From: Schmidtea polychroa
Taxonomy: Eukaryota
NCBI GenBank assembly: GCA_044892525.1
Contig: CM097888.1
Coordinates: forward strand, 49,104,001 to 49,168,000
Direction of reading: 5' to 3'
DNA: 64,000 nucleotides
A program made the translations under genes and the position numbers. The notes below the pieces were generated by a model, which was not told the DNA's origin, did not search any database, and was given only the letters and a program-made list of their open reading frames with translations. Positions within the stretch are counted from its first letter, which is position 1. Each line of letters begins with the position of its first letter. Positions 38,901-52,501 of the stretch are shown piece after piece.

Positions 38901-40742
38901 AAAATAAAATGTATTCAAAACTCTGGAACCGCTTCACCTCAATATCAAATATACATTACAAAGAATAAATTTTGGAAAGCTGATGATGTTATCTTGGATT
39001 ACAGAACGTCCAGTCAATGGATTTGTCAAGAAAAAATCAATAATTACGCTCAATAAAAATTATTGGAGTTTATCCGTGGCAATTGAATATTCAAACAACC
39101 CGAAAATAGGAGAGTCATTTTCAAGGAAATGTATTGTGAAACAAAATCTCCAAAACGACAATTACATTTGGTTCAAAGATCATCCAATAGAAATGAAAAC
39201 GTCGGTCCTGCTCAAATCTACTAGATTTGCTTATGAAGAGATTGACTAAATCATTAATGATGAATATATTTTACCTTTTAGTTTTATGTTACTACATAAT
39301 GTAAAATTGCAATCACAAATGTGTTTTATTTGCAAAGTATTTATGATGATTCCAAAAATTTGAGATACGCTACTTATAAAGTTACCATATATTATTGGTA
39401 AACATAAAATAAAAATAAGATTTATCGAAATAGAATGCAAAAATATTATATTATTTATTAAACCCAGTCTCTGATTGTGGGTATTTATGTCTATATATAG
39501 ACTTTTTGTTCTATTTATTATGTAATTTAATACATTTAGTAACAAGTTTATTATCACGTCATTCAAATGTTTGACATCACCACCTTCTATAAGCTCCATT
39601 CCATAAGCACATTTGCCCGCATTTCTTTGTTTTTACTTGAGCCATGCCATGTATAAAGGTTAGGCATATTATATGAATTTGCACTATTCTAAAAAAAATG
39701 TGATATCTGAAGAATAATAATTTATTATTCAATAATAATACATTATCGATTAAATTATTTATAATTGAAAAATAAATTTTTAAATATATTTCATAACTAT
39801 TTAAATTTAAATTAAATTTTAAAATATTTAAATAATAATTTTATAATTTATTTAATAAATCCATAATATCTCAAATTTTTATATCTGATAATGTTACTTC
39901 CTAATAATGAAATCATTGCTATGTTTATTTCATTATTAATCAAATTAATCAATAATTTTACTTTGGCTACTGTTTGACTATCAATTATCTTTTTATTTTA
40001 ATAATATTATAATTATTTCACCTGAAAATAAAAGGAAAAATTTATTTCCTGTAGATTCTGACAGTGTTGAAAATGATATGAAACAGGAATCTTCTCTGGC
40101 ATCAATTAAGCTTAATCAAAAAGTATGTCCGTATTTTACAGTAAAATATATTTATCGGTGCATCAGAAAATAGAAATTGTGAAACCTAATAAGAATTACA
40201 ATTTTCCAACCAAACGACTTTTATTAATGAGAGACTCGAAAGAGAAAAATTTGAGAGGTAAGCAGGAATTGCTATTATTATGATTATTATTTTATATAAA
40301 TATTTTATGTTCTATTTATTTTATTAGCGACTAGAATAAATTAAAATGCAATTAAATGACGGTTTGAACTGAAGTTCTTTTTTTTCTATACTAATAAACA
40401 GTACAAGAATTTTCGTAGGAAAGTTGATAGGAACCTCAATGATACTTTGGCAATGATAAGGACGCGTTCCAACCTGAAAATAAAAGGGAAATTTTATATC
40501 AGGATAATATTGAGATTACCATAATATTCGAATTAACGGACGCTGAAGGAACTTTTGGTGTATTTAAATGTGGGTGGGAGGCTTTTTTGAAATTGGACAA
40601 GTTGTCAAAAATAAATGTTGAAGCATAACAAATCCCAGCTTTCCATTTACGACGTAGAAAGTAGAAAATGGAGTTTCACAAAATGTGATAATATTGTCAA
40701 TATGTGGGGGATGTGATTGTTATATTGTGAGATCCTTAAAAA

Positions 40743-40812
<70 letters not shown>

Positions 40813-42745
40813 CAATATTGCATATGCTTTACTTCAAAATTAAAACATTTCATCAATCAAATATGTATGTTATCCTGAAAAATTAGGGAATTTGAAATGA
40901 TAAAATTATTCGTTTTTCCTGCAATTTTTCTTATTGTCAAACTAATTATGAATAAATTACAAAGGAAATGGAGTGGGAATGAGAATAATTGGTGGCCAAT
41001 TATGTTCAGACGGGCATTTGGGGGCATTCGTCGAGCAGATATTTCAAGGAAGTGTTGCCGACCGACTTCAAGATCAAANNNNNNNNNNNNNNNNNNNNNN
41101 NNNNNNNNNNNNNNNNNNNNNNNNNNNNNNNNNNNNNNNNNNNNNNNNNNNNNNNNNNNNNNNNNNNNNNNNNNNNNNNNNNNNNNNNNNNNNNNNNNNN
41201 NNNNNNNNNNNNNNNNNNNNNNNNAGGCGATGAACTTATTGAATGGAATGGAGTATCTTTGGTTGGTAAAACCTTTGAAGAGGTGAGGTCAATTTTGAAA
41301 AATGATTCTGATGAAATTGAGTTTTTAGTGAGGGTGTAAGTACTTTATTTATTTATTTTTTTATTATCATTATTGTTATTATATATATATATCACTTGAA
41401 AAAGGCAGTGCCGAAAATTCGTGAGTATCAAAAAAACATCGATATATTTAAGCTTTTTAATAAATAAAATGTCAATGGAAAAGAAATCAGTGGTGAAATT
41501 TGAAAAAAGTTCTTATAATATATATTTCATTTTAGTTATCAATTATTATATTATTTTCATATCACAAGAAGACCCCTACATATATCAGCTGAAATTCATC
41601 TGTCCTTCGTTTATATGAACTATCCGATTATTTGCTAATAAATTTGTGGAATAAATACAAATTAAAAGTTATATCAATGTTCAAGTAAATGTGAAATTAT
41701 TAAATAATTAATTTGTAAAATAAATTGAAAGCTGTTTTCAATATATTTATTTTCCTAGATAATCTTTTAAAACTGAAATAATGAAATTTGTTTAAATATG
41801 ATAATTAATAAATTCAAATTGTTATATTAAAAATATAGTTATATAATTATTTTCGTCAATTATTATGGACCTAGCTATTATTTGTCATAAATTTATGTTA
41901 GATTTACCATTATTAAAAAGAAATAATTAATATTCGATACATGCGCATATACTTATTAGTGACAGCAGTCAGATCAACGGGACGACATTGAAAATAAATA
42001 ATAAATACATCCGAATTTATNNNNNNNNNNNNNNNNNNNNNNNNNNNNNNNNNNNNNNNNNNNNNNNNNNNNNNNNNNNNNNNNNNNNNNNNNNNNNNNN
42101 NNNNNNNNNNNNNNNNNNNNNNNNNNNNNNNNNNNNNNNNNNNNNNNNNNNNNNNNNNNNNNNNNNNNNNNNNNNNNNNNNNNNNNNNTTCAATTTAGAA
42201 ATGCTCTATAAAACAAAAAATGAAAACGAAAGTTGAAGATTTAAAATAAAATGTTTAAAAAGAAAAAATTAAAGTTTTATAATATTATTTATATATATAT
42301 TATAAGAACTTCCTTCGATTTTCGATATATGTATGTGTTACAGTTAAAGTATACATTTCAGTCAGTACATACACTATTTAGTTGATGTATGCATCCACTT
42401 GTTGTTTCAGTGAAGGTATATTCTATTTTTTCACTCTTAATAATATTGTTTTCAATTTTCATCGATTTGGTATTTGTTTTCCTTAGTTTTTGTACCTTTC
42501 TAAGAACATTTTCAGTCACAAATTTCTTTTCTGTTATTTGATCATACTTCATTCCATAACAAGGTAAGTCGTTTTTGATACCTACTTTTAGGTATTAGTC
42601 AACGCTCTTGACCCATGTTGTTTTTTTAATTTTGTTTAAATGTATTATAAATCGTTTCCCTTCTCATAATAAAGTTAAATTATAGCTATCTCCTAATTCT
42701 AGAATTTTTAACTAAATAGTCCTCAACAATCAGTAAATGATATAT

Positions 42746-42780
<35 letters not shown>

Positions 42781-45700
42781 TTTGTATGAATTTTATGAAT
42801 ATTTTCCTTCTGAAATTAACTTATTCTATTGACGTCTTTTTTGGCTTTATAATTAATTATTTAAGCATTTTTACTGACTTTAATAAACCAGGTAATTATT
42901 AATTAATAAATTTAACTATTTCTTAGTTTAATAAAACAAAAAAAATCAAAAATTTTGTTTAAAAGACAAGTTTAAAAATAAAAGCTATTTTTGTAGATAC
43001 TCAAAGATAAAAAAATATTTTCATAGGAAATATTTATTTTGTAGTTTTCTTCCATCTCTTTTACAGGCAGATCAAACTATGAAAATTTCTTTCAAATATC
43101 GTGACTTAATTTTATCAGATAAAACCGTTGATAATTAATTTGTTTTGATTAAAGCTGAAACTTTCAATTTAAAATATAGATAAAATAACGTTAATTTCAA
43201 CAAAGTATTTTTTTAATTAGTATTATTATTAGACTAAAAATTCTTGTAAGGAATTTTAGATTTTAATTATTAAATTTTCAGATAGGTTTTATCCAGTGAT
43301 GACCACTTTTTATGTATAGTTGGGTTATTAAATAGTTTCAGCGAGAAAGCAATTATTTCTGACTGCAAGTGTACTTTCTGAAAACAATAAGACTCAACAC
43401 ATTAATGATTATTGTTAACGAAGAAATAACAAATATTCAAATAACAATAGACACAATTATATTACAATTATATCATAAATTCATCCACCCCATGAGAGAC
43501 CGCCTCGAACTAATTTATCTTTTCAATTTCTTTATGCTTCCGAAATATGGATTTAATTAAATATTTGCATTTCAAATATTTTTAATTTTAAAGAATAAAG
43601 TCAACAAATTGTATGAATTAATTTTAAAATGAATACATGTATAATTCAATGTAATACGTCATTTCCAAATTGAATCTGCTATATGCAAATAATAACTGAG
43701 TCATATTTGTGAGAAATAGTCTAGATAGGAATGCTGGAAAATAAATTAGATGAGAGTTGAAGAGCTTGTTTAATTATATCAGGTTGAATCTAATCATGTG
43801 TGTGTGTTTAATTATTCATGTGTTTTTGATTTCATGCTACAAATATGTGTATGTGTACATGCATTGATCACTGTTCACATTGTTTGGCCTATAATAGATT
43901 CAATTTGAACATATTATATAGTAAAATAAATAACTACACTTTATAACTGAAATATTACTTAGATATATATTTTTCTTATACCAGTAACACAACTGCTTTA
44001 TTCTTACAAGGAAATATTAAATTTAAATAACTTTTGGAAAAACTTCCAAACTGAGTTTTGACGAAAATTTCTTTCTGTTTCTCTTATTATAATGAAATCT
44101 TAGTTTTGTCTCTGGCAAATCAGAAACAAATATCCAATTGAAAAACTAGTCATTATTCATTGCAATAATTTTAGGGGCCCAGTGCCAAAATCAAACGATA
44201 CATCGAAAAGTAGTTCAGAAATTCCAGATGAAATTCAAGTGAAAAATCTATCATCAACATTTGAAAACATGAATGTAAAAGAAACTGCCAATCCAACCCA
44301 ATTGTCAAGTGAGTTGAGCTACTTTCAAATAATTCAATTGTAATTCAACTGGTGATGTTCAGTGAAAAAGGATAGTACGTACAAAACCGACGAAAACATC
44401 CCTCATACGTCCTTTAGTGACACACCGTCTCAGAGAAGGACTCAGTCAATAAAGCGACAACGTGCTCAAGAATACGAAATGAAAACATCGACAACGACGA
44501 CGACTCAAAATACTCAAAAGTCTCCTATGAAAAAGTCTTCAATTAGTTAGTTGATTGTGAATGATTTACAATAATTATGATGAGAATTTTATTTGTTTTA
44601 AATTTGTTTGTTTTAATTAACTGATAAGCTCAGCTCTGGGTAGAAGGAAAGACAAATTCAAACAAAAACGTCATTTCACCATTAAATTTCGGTGTAGTTA
44701 TAGATTACACAACAAATTGGATTTTTAATAGATTTTAATTTATTATAATAATAATAATAATTATTATTATTATTATTAAAATTAAGAATTATTTATTTTT
44801 ATCATATATAATATCACAGCGAACTTTGGATAAACATTTTTATTGTAAATTTTCCTTTCCCGTTTTATTTTCAGAAAAATTTAAATATTGTTGCAATAAA
44901 CAAAGGGGAAAATATTTGAAAAGCTAATAAATATTTAACAATATTTTTATTTGAGATTCGATTTGCATGTAAAGTTTCATAAAATCATTGACAGTATTTT
45001 AATGTTTCTTTTAATTGCATTAATAATTATTATAACATTAATAAATTAACTTTGTTTGTTGTAAGTCACAAATATGTTGAAGTGATTGTAATTTATTTTG
45101 TATATATTATGTTTNNNNNNNNNNNNNNNNNNNNNNNNNNNNNNNNNNNNNNNNNNNNNNNNNNNNNNNNNNNNNNNNNNNNNNNNNNNNNNNNNNNNNN
45201 NNNNNNNNNNNNNNNNNNNNNNNNNNNNNNNNNNNNNNNNNNNNNNNNNNNNNNNNNNNNNNNNNNNNNNNNNNNNNNNNNNNNNNNNNNNNNNNNNNNN
45301 NNNNNNNNNNNNNNNNNNNNNNNNNNNNNNNNNNNNNNNNNNNNNNNNNNNNNNNNNNNNNNNNNNNNNNTAACTATGAAATAATAACTATGAAATAACT
45401 ATTTGAATTAAAGATCTTAAAGGCCTTTCATAAGCTATCTTGAAAGAAATAAATCTAAATTTTTTTCTGTTTCAGTAGAACCAAGAGGAAAATGTAATCT
45501 ATTATCAATGTGTCATAAAAATCAGGTCTTTTTTTCATATTGAATGCTAAAAGAAAATTCAAACAACAAATTTGATTAAAATTTAAACAAAAAATAATTT
45601 CTCAATGTTACTATTATGTCATTTATATTTATATAGAAATTATAATTTAAAATGTGGTTAATAATTATAATAAATAAATTAAAAATTTAAATTTTTCGTT

Positions 45701-48700
45701 ATAATAAATAAATTCTTTATAACTATAATTTTATTATAATATAGAAATTTATAATATTGAAAAAAAATTATAATATTCATTAATAATATTATTAACAATC
45801 ACTATTTAATAATGGAAATTATGGTAAACTAAAATTTTCATTGTTTTAATATTTATATACAAACAACTATTTTGTTTTTTATTTTCTGTATTGTTTTAAT
45901 CATCAATTGCATGTTGTAACTATTGTTTTAATTTCAAGTGTTTATGTCTTCATTTTTGCATGCATTATTAGGGCAAACTGATAGTTATTTATTCACAAAA
46001 TATTCCATAAAAATAAATTATATAAAATATATTTTTCATCTTGTGGTTGGGGTTGATTGCAATTCATGAAGCATATCATTGAGGTTTTACCACTGTACTA
46101 TACTGGTGAAATTTTCTCGGTTTTTGTTCATTTTTGAAAGCGAAAACCTAAGCATGACCTATTGTATGACCAATTTTTTTGATAATAATTTATTCATTTT
46201 ATTATGAACTGTATTTTAGTTGAACCGTCTCATGCTGAATTAGATTGTGGTTCACCGTCAGCTTCAAGGCGCATATCGTCAGTCAATCCAGAGTCAACTG
46301 TCAAACAGAGGCAGCCGTCAAAAGATATGGGTAATGTCAACACAAATGAATTGGAAAAGGATGAAGTTGATAATGTAAATCTTTTTCATTTGTCGTAAAT
46401 ATTACCAATTATTAGAATAGAGTGATTCCATTATATATTTTTGATAACCACCAATTTGTTTTATCAGAAAGCTAAACCGATAACTTTATTAGGCAATTGA
46501 AAATGGCTATCCAAAGATTTATTTATTTAATAACACCTATTAATAACTGAAGAATCCATGAATATATATTCCATTTTTGTTTTAATTCAGTGCCAAGAAA
46601 TATTAAGGAGACATGTAATGTGACACAAAAATATTGAGTTTATCAGGTAAAATACAGCATTTGTCAACTGAATCTGATATAAGCAAATTATTTGTATGTC
46701 ACATACAGGTTATGTTTTTGTGACTTTATTTTGATTGGTGAGGATTGAACTTTGATAAAACTAGTTTATAATATTTTTAAAAAGTCAATAAATTATAATT
46801 TAAGATACATACAAACTCACCTGTGTGCTAAAAATTCATTAGCAATTACACCTGCTAACTTATTATAGGATTCCAGAAAGGGTAGAAAAATTATTGAAAC
46901 AAACAAACACGGTGATGGCAATTTCTTTAATAAATCAAATATGCAAAAATACACCACCTAAAAAAGATACTATAAATTTTAAGAAAATAATTGTTAAAAT
47001 TATAGTTAAAGAATCATTTAAACCATTTTAAAAAAATTTTACAAAATCTTCGATAAAACAGTAATTTATGGGCAATTGGGTTTATAAATTAAATTTTTAA
47101 ATTTTGATATTTATTTAATTATTTAATAAATTTAAAAATTAAAAATAACTTACATTTTTTTAAAAATAAGCTTGCCATTAAAATCCCAAAAATAATTTAA
47201 ACGGTGAAATTTACATAATTTCTTATAAAATCTTAATTTGTAATTTTATTTTTTTTTCACAGTAAAATTAATATTATAATTTAAGAAAATATATAAATTT
47301 CAGCATTTTGGTCTACTGGCTTCCATATTTAGTGGGTGAATTATTAATGAAATTATTCATTTTTAAATCAAAATTAAGAAAATAGTTGTTTTAACAATAC
47401 AAATAAAATATTTTTTTAAAAAAATCGTCACTAAATTTCATAAATAGGTAAATGAAAACCAAAATGAACAAAAATCTAACTCAAATATTTGTTCATTATT
47501 TTTGTAATTGGTTATCAAATAAATATTTGCGAACAGAGATTTTATAACTTGTTCAAAGAAAATCTAAAAAAAGTGAAAAATTGAAACTAGTTGATGAAAA
47601 AAAAACATTACCCCGTTTTTTTAATATAATTATTACAAATTTTAAAAATTGATTAAAACTAAATTATGTTGTATATTGAAAATTTCAAATAAAGTTTTAC
47701 CATAAAATGATATTTAAAAAAATTAAAAAAAAACAAAGACCAAAAAGGTTTTCTCGACTAATATATTTGTACTTTTTGATATTTTGGAATTATTAATGTA
47801 TTGTTTATAAATATTTACAAGTTATTTAAATAGTTGTTTTAATTAACTAATTATAATTTTAATACTCAAATTCAATTTAATTCAAATGTCTTAAATTATA
47901 AATGATATAAAAATAGTTTTAGTTATATTTTATTTTTTGCAATTATTTATTTTTATAATTGTTGCTAAATCTTTTAAAATTAAATAAATTTCTTTAAATT
48001 TCACTGTTGAGATTATTTCAATTGAAACAATTAATCAAATATTTTTCTTTAAAGGATAAATCGCAAAATCAGTCTGAAAAAATCCTCGGAGAAATCCAAG
48101 TAAATCCAATTGAAATTCTATATATTTGACATGTTGTACAAATTAGCTAATAATAAGTTTCGACGACTATGACCAGAGTTTGACAATTCATGTTGCCAAA
48201 GCAAAAAATATGTTGCCCATGGATTTGAATGGCTTAGCTGATCCTTTTGTCAAAGTACGATTGCATCCAGACCCCACCGAAGAGTACGTTTGATTAATTT
48301 TTTTTCTAAATATCAATAAACTATTGTAAAATAAATACAATACGAAAATTTTTGATTAAACTAAAATAGAAATGTTAAAAAAATATTCAATTTAAACAAT
48401 ATTAAAATTTTCAAATTGATAATTACACTACTGGACATTTTATGTAGGACTTGATTTAAACAAAAAAAATAATATTAAAAAATGCTTATGGTTGTATGAA
48501 ATTTTATCTAAATAAAAAAGAGAGAGACATTCTTAATTTTAAAAAATAAATAAAGCCTTTATTACATTCAATTTTAAAAGATTATAGTTTTTTATAAAAG
48601 AAGCTAAATGAGAAGATGTATAGCTTAACTCTTCGGGTGTAGGTGCTACAGATTTTATACTTCACAACAGATTACAATTGGTGATGATGTAACAGTTTGT

Positions 48701-51700
48701 GCTTTCGAATAATTAAATATCATAAATTTATAAAGCTTTGTTTCTATCACCGAGTGACCTACGAAGATGATCTAAATAGTGAATGTTTTGTCTTGTCTTT
48801 GATTTAAACAAAAAATACCAATGTTGAAGCTTATTTCATCTGCATTTTTATTTACACTAAAAATCAAAGCGAAACAACTATTTAATTTTGACTGGTAACA
48901 CTCTATTTTCTTAATTGAGAGTGACGAAGAATCGTCGGAATGAATATGCTTGATTATTATGCTAATTGTAATAGTGTTGTATCCAGGTTGCCAAATTTGG
49001 AAAATGGAAGGTGGGAAAAAAACAAAACAAGCATAGTGTTATATGGTGATATTTATAAAGATCGACCGGACTACGAAAGAGAAGTGACTAAATTAGTCTT
49101 TGTCATTGTCTTTTTCCTCCTTTTCCCCCTTTTCTCCCATTTCCCATTTCCCATTTCCCACCTTTCTTTCATTTCCCCTTTGCCCCTCTTTTCCACAATT
49201 GATATTGTTATGTTGAAGAGGATGGAGATATTTTTGTTTGATTAAAGTGAAATTAGTGATAGTTGACAAATGTCCTCCATAAAATATGGTTGGAACCCGA
49301 ATAATGGACGAGGAAACGAGGATTTGGATTTTAATTGATAACCCTTCTCTTTTTAAATACTCGAAATCCAAGGAAGGTCAAAGCAATTGTATTTATTTTA
49401 ATTTATAATATGACAATAAATATACTGTTGTGGTCTTAGATTTTGGTCATTTTGTCTTGAAAAATTATTTATTGGAAAACTTTAATCAAGAAAATGCCCC
49501 CTATGCCCCCTCCCTTAGGTACGTCCCTGGGAAAACTTATTAGCCTTTTATTAAAACACAAATAAAATAGCGTTAATTTTTGAGATTTGGAAATTATCAT
49601 TTCTTTATATTATAGTTCGGACTTTAACCGGCAAACCAGATATATGTCCAATACACTCTCACCAGAATGGCAGCAAACCGTTGTTTTTATGAATATATTA
49701 AAACGGTCTTTGAGGAAACGGGTACTGGATATATCAGTCTGGGATTTTGACCGACTAAAATCAAACGATTTCATGGGGCAAACATTAATTGGTTTAGCAA
49801 GTAAACCTTTTTATTAATCGTTTTGGTGTCTTTATATCCTAACCGTTAGACAAACAAATACTTGATGGGAAACCTCACTGGTATAAGCTGACGGACATGA
49901 AGGAAGTAGATATTCCAGGGTTACGTCAACCAGCTCATAGAAAAATTGAGAGTAAGACAAGTGGAAAGGTAGGCAGATGTTAACAACAATTATACAGTTT
50001 TCGTTCTTTAACACGTGATACAAAAATTAATTTAATTATTCAATTATTTTAATTGGTGAAATTAAATAAAAATTAATTAAATTCTGCAAATAATGACATT
50101 TGACATGTAACATTTTACTTTTTCACTGATTTCAAGTATAAACTCAAATCATATTTTGACAGTGATCCTATATTTGAGTTACTTAGTATCTAGTAGAAGA
50201 AAGTGTGATATGGTCACAATGGCCGCAGGGCGTTCAAGGTATATATCGGTATATTGTAATAGTAATACATGGACAAATTGGTAAAATTTTCATCTTATTT
50301 TCCCTCTTATTGCCATAATACAGTGGCCTAAAACTCTATTAATGGCAATAAATGATCACGTGGGGTACATAGGGTTTTATGAAACATTATTGTGGGATGA
50401 TGTGGATGATAAATTATAACGTAATTTGAAATTTCTTCAACCTATAGTTGTTGGTACTTTGTTTTAGTTGAGGAGCTTTCCTTTCATTAAAAAATTTAAA
50501 AGTTACAAACAATTCCAACACTAAAACATTTAGAAGAAATTAGTTGTACTCTTTCAAAGAGAATCGCGGATGCCTATTACAAATGTTGGGGGATTCACGA
50601 ATTAAGTCTGAGTGGAAATATGAGTGTCGAAAAGACTTCTAAGTATAAAGTCAACTCTCTACTTTTGTGAAAATTAGTTTGCCGGAATATCATTTACAAT
50701 TTTAAGATCTTAAGTTACTGTAATCTACCAGAGAGTTTATTTATGGAGGAATTCAATGTGGAAAAAAAATTTTATTGCAAGAAAATTTATTTAAAAATCA
50801 ATAATAAAATAAACTAAAATGATTAAAAAACAAAAATATTAAAATTTTAACTTTACATCATTTATTATTAATTGATTTTATTTGTTTTAATTGAATCATT
50901 TAGAATAAAACGAGCAGTAAATCATCAAAAGAAATAAAAAGTAAGATGTGCGTCTTAAATAACATTTTTTGTATTTTAGCAATTGTTAGCAGATTTATGT
51001 TCATTTTATGATGCATTTTGCTGAATAGATCTTTTGTCAATTTTATCATTAAATAATATAAAAAAAGAAAAAAATTTTTTTTTGCATGATAATAATTTTT
51101 TTTAAATAAAATATATTTGATTTAATAAGGACATTCATTCATAAAGTTGATACATTTACATTGATTTGTGAAAAACAAATTACTACTTGCTTCACTTANN
51201 NNNNNNNNNNNNNNNNNNNNNNNNNNNNNNNNNNNNNNNNNNNNNNNNNNNNNNNNNNNNNNNNNNNNNNNNNNNNNNNNNNNNNNNNNNNNNNNNNNNN
51301 NNNNNNNNNNNNNNNNNNNNNNNNNNNNNNNNNNNNNNGCTTCACTATGAATCAGTAAATATATCGATGTTTTTGATATTCACAAATTTTTACACTGCCA
51401 TTTTCAAGAGAATTTGATANNNNNNNNNNNNNNNNNNNNNNNNNNNNNNNNNNNNNNNNNNNNNNNNNNNNNNNNNNNNNNNNNNNNNNNNNNNNNNNNN
51501 NNNNNNNNNNNNNNNNNNNNNNNNNNNNNNNNNNNNNNNNNNNNNNNNNNNNNNNNNGTTCGGTCGCTTCATCTGACGTCGTTGAGCCATTGTTTAATTT
51601 TCTTTAAAATGATTTTTTTGAAGCAAAACCCAAGTTCATTCTTTTAATTTCGGGCTTATCAAAATGGAAAACTCCTTAATATTAACAAAGTATAAAATAT

Positions 51701-52427
51701 GATGATTTTTAAACAACGCTATGCTAATGAAATATGATTTTGTCTTCATTTATTTTCTGCATATTGTCTTTTAGAAATAAATATAATTCAGAAAATATAT
51801 TTTTAATATTTTAAATTAAATTCTAAAATATCAAACAAATCTTTGATTATTTATAATTCACAAAAATGTTTACAATTTTTTGTATAAATGTTTTTTCCTT
51901 TTAACTTAAAAGAAAAATCCATTAAAATAAGTAATTAATATTTTATTAGAATTTTATTAAAATTTATTATGTAAATTAATACAAACGGAAGTAATATGAG
52001 CATTTTGTAAAATGAAATTCTTAATATTTCAGTAAATCTTTGAATTCAAGATGGGTTCTACATAATCATATTTGCATTTTATTTTTATTTATTTTTAATA
52101 ATATTTAATTATTTATCCCTGTCCTCAAAAATAGCTGTTCATAGTGATTTGGTAAGGAAACCCTAGCCTAATCCTCTACGTTTGATTTGTCGAAAGGGAT
52201 GCTACTTAGGCTTGTGAATTAGTTTGGCGGGAAAAATAAAATTATCAAAGGATTTTTCCATAATTGATTACTGCAGCGTTCTTTCCAAATATTTCTTGGT
52301 TGTATTTTGTTGTTTAGCCAAATATCGACTGGAAATCAATGCAATATTGACATAGAAAAATAAAATAATTCCCAAAATTCCTGTTTTAAATATATATTAC
52401 ATTCTAAAATTTTCTCCACCATCTTAA

Positions 52428-52501
<74 letters not shown>

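Noticed and set aside
42516-42563. 48-nt symmetric exon candidate (ttcag|...AAG|gtaagt)
   Set aside because: In the required phase it encodes a hydrophobic peptide out of character with the linker, and the flanking exons join without it; treated as a pseudo-exon without RNA data.
48900-49530. ORFs 48940..49245 and 49093..49371 around a polypyrimidine tract
   Set aside because: Low-complexity tract inside a C2A intron next to a probable transposon end (gtacgtccctg); no recognisable protein family.
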